Source: an uncultured Gammaproteobacteria bacterium (GTDB taxonomy: Bacteria > Patescibacteriota > Patescibacteriia > Magasanikbacterales > UBA922). From it: a DNA stretch of 64,000 nucleotides. How positions within the stretch are numbered: the stretch's first letter is position 1; every line of letters starts with the position of its first letter. Positions 54,897-64,000 of this stretch are shown here, piece after piece. Location: the NCBI GenBank assembly GCA_964592785.1, contig CAZQHU010000004.1, positions 72 to 64,071 of the forward strand, read 5' to 3'. The notes beneath the pieces are model-generated. The model worked only from the letters and a program-made list of their open reading frames with translations, was not told the DNA's origin and searched no databases. The translations under genes were made by a program, and so were the position numbers.

Positions 54897-56041
54897 AAAT
54901 ATTTTTGTCTGTTCAAATTATGTTCCTCCAAAGTCTTGGCATAATATACTTTACCATTCTTATCAGTTAGAAAGTACCAATAATTATTTTTTTGGGGATA
55001 AAGCGCAGCTTGAATGGACACTAAAGAAGGATTGCAAATCGGACCCAGAGGAAGACCGGGATATTTATAAGTATTCCAAGGTGAATTGGAGTCTCTATCT
55101 TCGGTAGTAGTAAACACACTACCGGATTTGCCAACTGCGTAGTGGATTGTTGAATCAGCCTGGAGTGCCCAATTGATATGGTAACGTCGCCAAAAAATAT
55201 CAGCTACCATTTTCTTATCTTCTAGACTTCTCACTTCTTGCTCCAAAATACTGGCCATAGTTAAAATTTCAAAAAAACTTCTCCCACTCTTCTCAATATC
55301 ACCCCACATTTCCGAAGTAATTTGTTTTTCTCGCTCCTGCAAAAGTTTATTAATAATATCCGGAACTGAAGAATTTTTGTATATACGATAAGTGTCTGGC
55401 GCTAGATAACCCTCATAACTTACATACCACGGTTTGTTTTGTAAAATTTTTAGATCCAAATCAATCTTTGGCGCGCCTTCTGCCCAAGTTTTATAATTAA
55501 CTGCTGGCAAACCCGCATATTCAGTAATTTCCTCCTGTTGGAATTTACCTAAATTTTCCAAATAAATTGCTATGTCGCGGATTGTCCAACCAGGAATGAT
55601 AGTGATCACTTCTTCACTTAAACCAGGTTGACCCAAAGCTTGGGCTACCCGCGCCAAAGTAATTGGTGCCACCACTTCAAACTCACCGATATTGATTTTT
55701 TTGTCTATTCCAGCCAAAGCCAAGTACTTCTTAAAAAACCAAGCACTACGAATAATATTTTCTTGTTCCAAACGTTTTGCCAAAGCACTCACACTTTCTC
55801 CTTGTTTAACCTCAAACTTCACCGATTCTGCTTTCTGTGTCGAAGCCGTATAAATTTCCGTATACAAAAACCAAAACCCAATTACCAGACAAGTAATTAA
55901 AATAACAAAACTTAATTTAAAAATTTTAAGATTGTTTATAAATTTAGAATTAAAAATTAAAAATTTTATAATTCTCTCTCGCCCACTCCAATCTCTCTGG
56001 TACCCCAATATCCACCCAAGCCCGGTCTGACTCATAAACAT
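54893..56041 (-). CDS. mltG: Endolytic murein transglycosylase MltG/YceG
   Basis: N-terminal TM helix and YceG domain (MASILEQE...ALQADSTIHYA). Start is uncertain; the ORF as called overlaps the upstream gene by about 90 nt. Confidence 0.7.
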   Translation of the reverse strand: MFMSQTGLGWILGYQRDWSGRERIIKFLIFNSKFINNLKIFKLSFVILITCLVIGFWFLYTEIYTASTQKAESVKFEVKQGESVSALAKRLEQENIIRSAWFFKKYLALAGIDKKINIGEFEVVAPITLARVAQALGQPGLSEEVITIIPGWTIRDIAIYLENLGKFQQEEITEYAGLPAVNYKTWAEGAPKIDLDLKILQNKPWYVSYEGYLAPDTYRIYKNSSVPDIINKLLQEREKQITSEMWGDIEKSGRSFFEILTMASILEQEVRSLEDKKMVADIFWRRYHINWALQADSTIHYAVGKSGSVFTTTEDRDSNSPWNTYKYPGLPLGPICNPSLVSIQAALYPQKNNYWYFLTDKNGKVYYAKTLEEHNLNRQKYL

Positions 56042-56663
56042 ACAAGTCTTTCATCTGGGGAAAAACATCATATTCAATGCTAAATTCGGCTGAGGTCGGA
56101 AAATATTTTTCAATCTGCGGATTGAAAATATATACTCCACCATTAATAAACCCTGGTTCTTTTTTACCTTGTTTTTCCAAAAATTTTTCCAAATGATAAT
56201 TTTTATCATATTGTAAAGTTCCATAAACTGAGGCATCTTCTACAAAACTCCCCAAAATCAAACCATCACTTTCCGGTTTCAAATAATGGAGCATTTGTGA
56301 AAAATCCACAGTAGTCAAAACATCACCATTCAGAATAATTGTCGGCTCGATTTTTTTTTCTGTATAAGATAAGCCGTGTTTGATCGCCCCCCCTGTCCCC
56401 AATTTTTTGTCTTCAATAGCGTAAATCAATTCCAAACCGTTCCTCATATTCCCCGCTCGGTCGTACAATTCTTTGGCCAAGTGACCAGCTGCCAAAATAA
56501 CTTTTTCAATGCCAATTTTTTTCAATTTTTCCAATTGCCAATCCAAAACGGTTCGACCGCCAATCTCCAATAAAATTTTAGGAGTAGTCTTGGTGATCTC
56601 ACCCAAACGAGTAGACAAACCCCCACAAAGAATAATCGCGTTCATAATAAATTTATCAGCCAA
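55950..56663 (-). CDS. Sugar-phosphate nucleotidyltransferase
   Basis: MNAIILCGGLSTRLG...TPKILLEIGG signature of the NTP-transferase family. Confidence 0.7.
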   Translation of the reverse strand: MADKFIMNAIILCGGLSTRLGEITKTTPKILLEIGGRTVLDWQLEKLKKIGIEKVILAAGHLAKELYDRAGNMRNGLELIYAIEDKKLGTGGAIKHGLSYTEKKIEPTIILNGDVLTTVDFSQMLHYLKPESDGLILGSFVEDASVYGTLQYDKNYHLEKFLEKQGKKEPGFINGGVYIFNPQIEKYFPTSAEFSIEYDVFPQMKDLYVYESDRAWVDIGVPERLEWARENYKIFNF

Positions 56664-57208
56664 ACATAAACTGGTTGAGTAAAATTACCCAAAAGCCAAG
56701 AAGACACCAAAACAAAAACCAAAGCATACAACATCCCACCGACAACATCTCTAGGGTAATGCACACCAACGTAAATACGCCCCAGAGCGACCAAACTGGC
56801 ACAAATAAAAAAGAAAAAAATCCAAAACCAACCAGCACCGGCTAACACCGCCAAGAGATAAAAAATAAATGACATCATAGTATGATCAGAAGGAAAAGAT
56901 TTGAAAACTTGCAAAGGCCTAATCAATTCTTTTATTTCAGGAAAATCCATCACCGGACGTGGATTTTTGAAAATTAGCGCTCCCAGCCAACTAACGGCCA
57001 AAGCCACTGCCGAAGAAGTGAGAATCAATTTGATAAATAATTTAAATTCTACTGGTGGCAAAACTACCAAACCCCAAGCTAAAACTAAAAAAATTAAAAA
57101 ATAAATAAGATACTGAGCAAAAAAAACCATAACCACATCCAGCCAACGACGAACGCCTGTTTGTTCATTTATTTTCAAAAATAATTTTTGAGACCAAGAC
57201 AATTTCAT
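56642..57208 (-). CDS. PAP2-family lipid phosphatase
   Basis: KxxxxxxRP (NPRP), PSDH (FPSDH), SRxxxxxHxxxD (GRIYVGVHYPRD). Confidence 0.7.
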   Translation of the reverse strand: MKLSWSQKLFLKINEQTGVRRWLDVVMVFFAQYLIYFLIFLVLAWGLVVLPPVEFKLFIKLILTSSAVALAVSWLGALIFKNPRPVMDFPEIKELIRPLQVFKSFPSDHTMMSFIFYLLAVLAGAGWFWIFFFFICASLVALGRIYVGVHYPRDVVGGMLYALVFVLVSSWLLGNFTQPVYVWLINLL

Positions 57209-58176
57209 AAAACTTTTTTTAAAAATTGATAAATTTTATATTGAACCGGCCTAAATATTATATCATAAGCTGGCGGATATTCGTGATAAATACCACCAAA
57301 ACCAGCTTTGAAACGAGTGACACCAGTCCAACGATCATTGACCGCCCAACAAAAATTATGAAAACAAGTATTTTGCCCATTGCCAAATTCTTGACGAGGC
57401 GACACGCCCCAAAAATCATAATAATCACAATTTAATTTTTTAGCCAGTTTGATACCTTCCCATTGTAAAAGATAAGGCGCCATTAAATTTCTAAATTCAT
57501 TACTTGAAGCCCCATGCAAATAAACCGCCGTCTTACCTTGAATCAGCAAAATATTAGAAGCCAAAGCTCGTCCCTGATAATAAGCTGTGAGCTGGTGACA
57601 GATCGACAAGGCCAACATCTTTCGATAATATTTTTTTTCATGACTTTTAAATTTGTCACGCAAAATAGTTTTTTCATTCAATTCCCAAAAAATATCAGAA
57701 TTTTTTTCTGATTTTATTTCTAAACCATTTTTTTCGGCTAAATGAATATTATAGCGAGTTTTTGCGTGCATTCCTGCCAATAAATTTTCCTCTGATTTAT
57801 CCAAAGCCAAAATTAATGTTTGCCGTGGTTGTCTGTTTTTGGTTGTCGTTGATTGATAAAAATTAAATTCCGGTAAAAAATTTACTGGCTCCAAACGTAA
57901 AAATAAATAACCTTGCTGCAAAAAATATTCCAACAATTCTTGAGGTAATTTGCCATCCGGCATTTGCACTCTAGGTAAATATAAATATTTACCAAGGCCT
58001 GGCAAACGATGTTCAAAACCTTGAATAAAATTTTGTCCAAACTCCACTCGGACTGCCTTTCGGCCAAAATCAGATTGAAATTCTCCCCAGTCCCAAGATT
58101 GCAAAAATTCACTTAAATTATGCTCTTTTTGGCATTTTTCCCATTTATCTCTATTTTGGCAAATTTTGATTTCCAT
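57205..58176 (-). CDS. FemAB-family aminoacyl-tRNA-dependent peptidyltransferase (peptidoglycan cross-bridge)
   Basis: C-terminal GVTRFKAGFGG and LHGASS motifs typical of the FemAB/FemX fold. Confidence 0.5.
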   Translation of the reverse strand: MEIKICQNRDKWEKCQKEHNLSEFLQSWDWGEFQSDFGRKAVRVEFGQNFIQGFEHRLPGLGKYLYLPRVQMPDGKLPQELLEYFLQQGYLFLRLEPVNFLPEFNFYQSTTTKNRQPRQTLILALDKSEENLLAGMHAKTRYNIHLAEKNGLEIKSEKNSDIFWELNEKTILRDKFKSHEKKYYRKMLALSICHQLTAYYQGRALASNILLIQGKTAVYLHGASSNEFRNLMAPYLLQWEGIKLAKKLNCDYYDFWGVSPRQEFGNGQNTCFHNFCWAVNDRWTGVTRFKAGFGGIYHEYPPAYDIIFRPVQYKIYQFLKKVL

Positions 58177-58228
58177 GGTCTTATTTTAGCGGAAAAATCT
58201 CAATTTGGCAATTATCCGCCATTGGCTC

Positions 58229-58257
58229 TTGATTTTATTTAATATTTGATGTATAAT
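58229..58257 (+). promoter_or_regulatory. Promoter TTGATT-17-TATAAT for rpmF-nusB-rnc
   Basis: Hexamers with 17-nt spacing. Confidence 0.45.
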
Positions 58258-58325
58258 ATGCCCAGTTTTATTACAGTCTCCAACCATTTGGAAAAGTTTT
58301 AAAATTTAAAATTAAAAATTTAAAA

Positions 58326-58559
58326 TTGACTAATATGGGTCTCCCATCCAAACAAAGAACCAGTCGTTCCAAACGCGAAAGAGCTTCACATTTTGCTCTC
58401 AAAACCAAAACCAGTGGTAAATGTGAAAAATGCGGTTCAACCACCACCCCACATCGTGCTTGCGCCAGCTGTGGTCACTATCGTGGTCGCCAAGTAATAA
58501 AAGTGGAAAAACGCGCCGCTCGCGCCACTCGTCGAAAAAAATTGATTGGCAAAAAATAA
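58326..58559 (+). CDS. rpmF: 50S ribosomal protein L32
   Basis: [14 protein letters not shown]... plus a CxxC...CxxC zinc ribbon. Start is at 58326 or 58335. Confidence 0.8.
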   Translation: MTNMGLPSKQRTSRSKRERASHFALKTKTSGKCEKCGSTTTPHRACASCGHYRGRQVIKVEKRAARATRRKKLIGKK

Positions 58560-58573
58560 TTAGTTTATATATT

Positions 58574-59002
58574 ATGCCCAATCGCCATCTTGCTCGCTGT
58601 ATCGCCATGCAAACACTCTATGAGTGGGACTTTCGTGGTCAACCAACAGCAGTTTTACCAGCAATGATGGAAAATAATTTACAAGAATTTGGCAGCGGTC
58701 TAGATGATGAAAAAAAATACGTAATTGACACAGTAGATGGAGTAGTAAAAAACCAAAAAGCCATTGATGAAATAATCGGTCAATTTGCTTCACACTGGCC
58801 CTTGGAGCAGATCACTATAGTGGACAGAAATATTTTGCGCATTGGAGTTTATGAGCTTAAATTCAGTCAAGAAATACCTGACAAAGTAGCTATCAACGAA
58901 GCTATTGAAGTTGCCAAGACTTACGGTGGCCCAACTTCTGGTAAATTTATCAATGGAGTTCTCGGCGCCATCTATAACAGCATGAATAAAAAAGAGAAAT
59001 AA
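58574..59002 (+). CDS. nusB: Transcription antitermination factor NusB
   Basis: [18 protein letters not shown]... The ORF-track entry 58430.. is in the wrong frame; the correct frame starts at ATG 58574. Confidence 0.85.
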   Translation: MPNRHLARCIAMQTLYEWDFRGQPTAVLPAMMENNLQEFGSGLDDEKKYVIDTVDGVVKNQKAIDEIIGQFASHWPLEQITIVDRNILRIGVYELKFSQEIPDKVAINEAIEVAKTYGGPTSGKFINGVLGAIYNSMNKKEK

Positions 59003-59011
59003 TAAAATAAT

Positions 59012-59779
59012 ATGGAAACAGTCCCAGCTTACCAAGAAAAAAAATTTAAAAATTTAGAAAAAATTATCGGAATCAAATTTAACAATCCCAATTACTTGGT
59101 GCAAGCTTTGGTACATAGATCATATTTAAATGAAAACCGAGAATTTCCTTTGGGACACAATGAACGTTTGGAATTCTTGGGAGATGCTGTATTGGAATTG
59201 GTCGTAACAGAATTTCTTTTTCAAAATTACTTAAACCCCGAAGGAGAACTTACTTCTTGGAGAGCAGCTCTGGTAAACGCTATCATGTGTGCCCGAGTAG
59301 CCAAAGAATTAGGTTTTGAAGAATATTTATTCTTAAGTCACGGAGAAAGTAAAGATGCCGGCACCAAAGCTCGAGAATACATTTTGGCTAATGTTTTGGA
59401 AGCGGTTATCGGCGCCATCTATATTGATCAGGGTTGGGAAATAGCTAAACAATTTATTTTACGCTTTGTAGTAACCAAATTACCAGAAGTTTTAGAAAAT
59501 GGACTTTGGATGGATGCCAAATCACGTTTTCAGGAATCAGCTCAAGAGATTATTGGTATAACCCCCAATTACAAGGTATTGGAAGAAGCCGGTCCAGACC
59601 ACGCCAAAGAATTTGTAGTGGGAGTTTATTTAGACAAAGAAAAAATTGCCGAAGGCCGAGGCACCAGTAAACAAGAGGCTCAAACTGATGCTGCAGAAAA
59701 TGCCCTAAAAATTAAAAAATGGAAAGGTCCTCATGTAGAAATAGAAGAAAGAAAATTGGGTGATGAATATTTAGGTTGA
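59012..59779 (+). CDS. rnc: Ribonuclease III
   Basis: ERLEFLGDAVLELVVTEFLF signature and a C-terminal dsRBD. Confidence 0.9.
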   Translation: METVPAYQEKKFKNLEKIIGIKFNNPNYLVQALVHRSYLNENREFPLGHNERLEFLGDAVLELVVTEFLFQNYLNPEGELTSWRAALVNAIMCARVAKELGFEEYLFLSHGESKDAGTKAREYILANVLEAVIGAIYIDQGWEIAKQFILRFVVTKLPEVLENGLWMDAKSRFQESAQEIIGITPNYKVLEEAGPDHAKEFVVGVYLDKEKIAEGRGTSKQEAQTDAAENALKIKKWKGPHVEIEERKLGDEYLG

Positions 59780-59798
59780 AAAATACTTCAAGACACCA

Positions 59799-59875
59799 GC
59801 GCTGCTAGCTCAATTGGTTAGAGCAGGGGCCTCTTAAGCCCAAGGTTCTGGGTTCGATTCCCAGGCGGCGCACCA
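59799..59875 (+). tRNA. tRNA-Lys (anticodon CTT), CCA encoded
   Basis: GCGCTGC-TA-GCTC-AATTGGTTA-GAGC-A-GGGGC-CTCTTAA-GCCCA-AGGTT-CTGGG-TTCGATT-CCCAG-GCGGCGC-A-CCA. Confidence 0.85.
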
Positions 59876-59952
59876 GGCTCCGTTTCACTGCGCCTGGCAA
59901 GCCAGTGACAAACACTACAATTAGCTTGCTCAGTAAAACAAAATAGGATCAA

Positions 59953-60027
59953 GCCTCTGTGGTGTAATGGATAACACAACGGTCTTCGGAACCGTTGATC
60001 CGGGTTCGATTCCTGGCGGAGGCACCA
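59953..60027 (+). tRNA. tRNA-Arg (anticodon TCG), CCA encoded
   Basis: GCCTCTG-TG-GTGT-AATGGATAA-CACA-ACGGT-CTTCGGA-ACCGT-TGATC-CGGGT-TCGATTC-CTGGC-GGAGGC-A-CCA. Confidence 0.85.
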
Positions 60028-60099
60028 TGTAGTGAGCGGTTCTGGGCGACCTAGAGGGTTACCTCTCTAGTACAAGTCGCCAACTGACCGAGACACTTA

Positions 60100-60128
60100 A
60101 AAAGACACCAGTTTTAGGTGTTTTTTTG
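60100..60128 (+). terminator. Intrinsic terminator isolating the tRNA pair from the downstream island
   Basis: AAAAAGACACC-AGTTTTA-GGTGTTTTTTT. Confidence 0.6.
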
Positions 60129-60166
60129 ATTGACTTAGTGGCTCAGTAAAGGTAAACTTAAGGCAT

Positions 60167-62086
60167 ATGTTAGATAATAAACAAGGAGAAATAATTAAAA
60201 AATTATTTGAAGATGCTCAAAAAAATGGGATGCTAAATTATATTTTTTGTTTATTAAGAGTTGGGAGTATTGAAAATGAAATAGAAGATATATTTGTTAC
60301 TATCAACCAATTAAGCAAGAAATTTAATAAGGCCGAATATGGTAAGTTATACAACTTAATAACACTAGAGAAATCTCTCGAACTTTTTGTAAATCTAATA
60401 CGTGGTAAAAAAGACCAAAGGTATGATCCCCATCCTTTCAGATCACTTTATAAGTTGGATGGCCAACAATATAAAAGACCGGACAGATTTGATATGTTGA
60501 ATTTTCTAATAAATATATATAAGGAAGAAAATTTGACTTTATTTTGTGATTTCTTTAATTCTCTTAAACGGGAAACATCTTCTGACAGTGATAATAAACT
60601 CAATATATGTAATTTTATATTAGATTTTAGTGATACATATTTTGAGGAATTAAAAAAGTTTAATCAATATCCAAAGATATATAATATATCAAGTGGTTTT
60701 ACCACCCTTGAATTGCTGACGGGGGGAGATTTTGGTTTAGTCGGTTTTAATTTGCACCATTCAAATGGATCAGTTTCTACTTTTACCAGGGAAAACGGTA
60801 AAGCTCTTTGTCTCAATTTAGACATATCAGAAGAAGTTATACCTTTCGTAGGTGACCTTGGTAAATTACAACCGATGTGGATGTATAATGGTAGACCATT
60901 ATATGAATTTGGTGTTTCTGGTCGTTATAATAAAATTGGTGAGTGGAAACCGCTGGTCTACCCAGGAGAAAGTCAATTAATTTATGACAAAGTTCAAGAA
61001 ATGAGGAATGCTGGAGTTGATGATAAAATTGTGTCCTGCTTCTTCTATATGATGATTACTTGTCATCATTGTATAGAATTTATTGTTACAGGCAATTTTT
61101 CATTGCCAGACGATTACAGCCAGATGAATTTTTCTAGCACAAACAAAGAAAAGGAATTTATAATGCATATAAATAAAATTGAACTACCGGAGGTTGACAA
61201 TTATTCAGCCAACTTAAAAGTATACGATTGCACCATGCAACTACCAGGTATTGATACAGAAGACATAAAAGATGCTTTAATCGCCATAGACACATTTTTA
61301 GCCAGACTTTCTTTTCATTTTTCTGCAAAATATGATTGGTTACTAAAATATAATATTGTTGACAGTGATCCCGGTATGGCTCATATAAAAGATAACGACC
61401 TTATTGATAAATTTTTGAAAAATTTTAATACTAAAAGTTCTTTAATTGCCGACGTTGCCATTCATTGGTATAACAGCGCAAAACAAACAAAGAATGTTTT
61501 TCAAAAATTTTTAAGCTACTGCATTTCAATAGAGTCAATTCTTGTTCCTTACAGTAATAATGAAATTAATTTAAGTACTGTAACACAGGAAAGGCTTGGA
61601 TCCAATTTAATTAATGATAAGTTAGCATGTATACGAAACAAATTTAGTTTATATGAAACAGATCCTGAAAAATTTATTCGTGAGAGTTACTTTGAATGTA
61701 TAGTCGGCTTAAAAAAAAGAATAACTCAGTCATTAAAAACTATATTTGGAGAATCTGATCAGTGTTATATTTTATTCTGTACAAAATCTGACAAATTGGA
61801 TATTTATGATATAAGGAGTGGTTTGGCCCACGGAAATTTGAAGAATTATGAAGAAAAAGATATTGAGATAGTCTCAAAAAGAGTAGGAGACGTAGAATAT
61901 ATTTCTCGCAAACTTATTTATAGAATATTGATAAATGATCAAGAAACCAATGACGAAAACACATACTCCCATTTGAATTTTTCTCTCAGTAGAATGACCA
62001 ATGACCCCAGAACCACAGGTTTGTGCACATCGTTATCTATGATACCCAATAAGGATTGGAAAATTAAACTGGATTGGCTTCTTTAA
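60167..62086 (+). CDS. Hypothetical 639-aa protein in a very AT-rich island (no recognisable domain)
   Basis: Long uninterrupted ORF, distinctly lower GC than neighbours, downstream of two tRNAs and a terminator. No Walker or nuclease motifs found by eye. Confidence 0.5.
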   Translation: MLDNKQGEIIKKLFEDAQKNGMLNYIFCLLRVGSIENEIEDIFVTINQLSKKFNKAEYGKLYNLITLEKSLELFVNLIRGKKDQRYDPHPFRSLYKLDGQQYKRPDRFDMLNFLINIYKEENLTLFCDFFNSLKRETSSDSDNKLNICNFILDFSDTYFEELKKFNQYPKIYNISSGFTTLELLTGGDFGLVGFNLHHSNGSVSTFTRENGKALCLNLDISEEVIPFVGDLGKLQPMWMYNGRPLYEFGVSGRYNKIGEWKPLVYPGESQLIYDKVQEMRNAGVDDKIVSCFFYMMITCHHCIEFIVTGNFSLPDDYSQMNFSSTNKEKEFIMHINKIELPEVDNYSANLKVYDCTMQLPGIDTEDIKDALIAIDTFLARLSFHFSAKYDWLLKYNIVDSDPGMAHIKDNDLIDKFLKNFNTKSSLIADVAIHWYNSAKQTKNVFQKFLSYCISIESILVPYSNNEINLSTVTQERLGSNLINDKLACIRNKFSLYETDPEKFIRESYFECIVGLKKRITQSLKTIFGESDQCYILFCTKSDKLDIYDIRSGLAHGNLKNYEEKDIEIVSKRVGDVEYISRKLIYRILINDQETNDENTYSHLNFSLSRMTNDPRTTGLCTSLSMIPNKDWKIKLDWLL

Positions 62087-62093
62087 GTATATT

Positions 62094-62741
62094 ATGGCAG
62101 ATATTAAAAATAAAATTATCGTGAATAGAGCATCATTTTTATATAAGGATGGTTTATTTATTAATGACTATAATTTAATATATTTTTTAGTTGATAAAAT
62201 TGTTGTGGGTGATAGGAAACACAAAGAATTTTGTACAGAAAAAATATTATCAAAGTTACAAGAAAAAGCATGGCGAAAAAAATATAGTTCTTATAACTTT
62301 ATTTTTTTAATGCAAGAATATTTTATTAATAGCAAAATTCTAGATATAAATTTTATAATGGCCTGCCAAGTTTTAGAAAATATGTATTTTTATACTTTTG
62401 ATGATGATCCAAATTTCGGCACCAAAGTAAAAAATTTCTATAATTTACTTTTTAAATATAAATTTAGAAAAGATTCTAAAAATATCATCCGAATTTTGAG
62501 AAATAATGTAGCACATTCAGGTTTAATTGAAGGAGTGCCAAATAAATTACCGCGTGAATTAAAAGATATCAAAAAAGTAAAGGAGTTTTTGGACAAGGAA
62601 AAGGGTGGATTAAGAGCATTGGCATTTGAAACCACGTATCTTATAGAAAACATTTTTATTCGTATAATTGGTCTTAAGGACGAAGATTTGGGCAGGAATG
62701 GAAGACCACCAGAGCACAGTATCTTTTTTAAAGTAAATTAG
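62094..62741 (+). CDS. Hypothetical 215-aa protein with a HEPN-like Rx4H motif (putative RNase/Abi-like effector)
   Basis: ILRNNVAHSG at residues 134-143 fits the HEPN R-x4-H consensus (Abi_2, Csm6 and Cas13-type RNxxxH). It starts 8 nt after the upstream gene, so co-transcription is likely. Confidence 0.5.
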   Translation: MADIKNKIIVNRASFLYKDGLFINDYNLIYFLVDKIVVGDRKHKEFCTEKILSKLQEKAWRKKYSSYNFIFLMQEYFINSKILDINFIMACQVLENMYFYTFDDDPNFGTKVKNFYNLLFKYKFRKDSKNIIRILRNNVAHSGLIEGVPNKLPRELKDIKKVKEFLDKEKGGLRALAFETTYLIENIFIRIIGLKDEDLGRNGRPPEHSIFFKVN

Positions 62742-62767
62742 AAAGAGAGGCCTAACACCTCTCTTTT
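62742..62767. terminator. Bidirectional terminator
   Basis: AAAGAGAGG-CCTAACA-CCTCTCTTTTAAA. Confidence 0.55.
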
Positions 62768-62779
62768 AAATTCATATTG

Positions 62780-63730
62780 CTAATCCATCGGCCAGTTCTC
62801 TTTAAATGCTTCACTAACTATCGTTGCTTCCTGATCCTTATTCACCCCGTACTTCTGCATCACCTGCCCTCTATAAATATCTGCTAGTCGGTTATATTCA
62901 TCAGTATTCTTTTGGAAATTATTCACATTATCCATTGGGTACTTTTTCTCGGCTTCGTTTCTTGCTTTATCCTCAGCGGCCACAATTTCTTTAAAAAATT
63001 GTCTACGTTGGCTTTCACTTAGACCAAACTTGTCTTCGCTCTTACTTTTTTGTGCTAAATATTCTTCCAGCTTATCTTTAATTTGTATCGTCGTTTTGTA
63101 CCCAGAGCGATTATTGGAACTGGCGATACTGGCATTCACATTACCAAGCTCGCCACCTGGTGCCCAGATTGCACTAGCAACATCATACATGCCATTTATT
63201 GATTCCTTATCCGAATACAGATTTAAAATTATTTCATCAATATCTTTGTCCTTGTTGGTTAAATCAGAAATAATTTTATCTACCGTCGGTTTTACTTGCT
63301 CAACCTTAATTGTTGTTGGCACCACCACCTTGTAAGACATTCTTTTGTTGGTAGGTAACTTTTTTAGTTCAGCAGTAGTGTAATCAGACAAACTTTTATC
63401 GCCCATAGCCTTACGACTCATGTCTTCGGTTTTTACAATCTCATAACTCACAGCACTTGTAGTAGTGTCTATTTTTTCTTCTGGATTGTTTGGCTTATTG
63501 TCCGTATTTTCAACGCTTACAACTTCTTTGTTTTCATCTGGCAGTTTTTCTACTGGCGGAGCGATTGCTACAATCGCTATAAAATCTATCACCCATAAAG
63601 AAATAAATATAATCGAAATTATTCTTCTTGTTGCTTTGTCTCTCAGCAACATTTTATATAGTGTCGGCTTTATCATACCTACTATCCACAAAATAGGTAT
63701 AATTACTAACAACAGAACCAAGATAGTCAT
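62780..63730 (-). CDS. Hypothetical membrane-anchored protein (2 N-terminal TM helices plus a large soluble domain)
   Basis: Hydrophobic N-terminus MTILVLLLVIIPILWIVG... and IISIIFISLWVIDFIAIVAIAPP. Confidence 0.45.
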   Translation of the reverse strand: MTILVLLLVIIPILWIVGMIKPTLYKMLLRDKATRRIISIIFISLWVIDFIAIVAIAPPVEKLPDENKEVVSVENTDNKPNNPEEKIDTTTSAVSYEIVKTEDMSRKAMGDKSLSDYTTAELKKLPTNKRMSYKVVVPTTIKVEQVKPTVDKIISDLTNKDKDIDEIILNLYSDKESINGMYDVASAIWAPGGELGNVNASIASSNNRSGYKTTIQIKDKLEEYLAQKSKSEDKFGLSESQRRQFFKEIVAAEDKARNEAEKKYPMDNVNNFQKNTDEYNRLADIYRGQVMQKYGVNKDQEATIVSEAFKENWPMD

Positions 63731-63757
63731 ATTGTTTGTTAAGTTAATAATTACTTA

Positions 63758-63930
63758 GGCCGAAGAGTTTTTGTATATAACAAAAACGGACGCCCGACCT
63801 GCGAAACAACATTTGGCGTCCGAAGATGCCTCTTGTGTTTTGGTCGGAACGCCCGTTCCAACTCACAAGAAGGCACAAAAACTAGTAAGCTTTTGGTTTG
63901 CTCTTCGGACTATAATAATGTTGTTTCGCA
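63758..63930. other. About 170-bp imperfect multi-arm palindrome at the island boundary
   Basis: GGCCGAAGAG/CTCTTCGGAC, GCGAAACAACATT/AATGTTGTTTCGC (13 bp perfect), GCCTCTTGTG/CACAAGAAGGC, and a central GGAACGCCCGTTCC. Confidence 0.5.
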
Positions 63931-64000
63931 TTAATAATATACTAGATTTTAGCTAAATTGTAAAGAACAACCGAATTTTTAACCCTGTAATATAAGCTCT

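Overview
This is an AT-rich, gene-dense bacterial window. Its content resembles a reduced-genome Candidate Phyla Radiation / Patescibacteria-type organism: the S10-spc ribosomal operon lacks L30, the 16S rRNA is not linked to a 23S, a short RelA/SpoT homologue is present, and Shine-Dalgarno signals are weak. Most genes are housekeeping: an LCP-family enzyme, der, pth, dprA, folC, topA, an RSH enzyme, parAB, scpAB, aspS, asnS, mgtE, ruvX, map, adk, secY, a 20-gene ribosomal-protein block, tuf, a 16S rRNA, trmD, fusA-rpsG-rpsL, rpmB, queA, mltG, a PAP2 phosphatase, a FemAB-like enzyme, and rpmF-nusB-rnc. There are 8 tRNA genes or fragments. Superimposed on this backbone are several unusual features. 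(1) On the minus strand a complete tRNA-Asn gene sits inside the anticodon loop of a second, otherwise canonical tRNA-Asn-like gene. (2) A family of 100-135 bp palindromic MITE/REP-like elements with GTCATTCC/GGAATGAC termini fills the str-operon spacers and ends 9-12 nt upstream of the start codons of rpsL, rpsG, fusA, secY and scpA. Related copies lie in-frame inside the coding sequences of rsmB and trmD. (3) A second repeat family built from GTAAGT/ACTTAC units flanks a four-helix-bundle (Avd-like) gene and is inserted in-frame twice in folC. (4) Three visibly GC-rich foreign ORFs each carry the same GGAGGAAAC ribosome-binding site. (5) A very AT-rich island next to tRNA-Lys/tRNA-Arg carries two unknown genes, the second with a HEPN-like Rx4H motif, plus a membrane protein and a ~170 bp palindrome; this is the best candidate for an undescribed accessory or defence module. 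No CRISPR array, integrase or transposase was seen. All coordinates for non-CDS features are approximate to within 1-2 nt.
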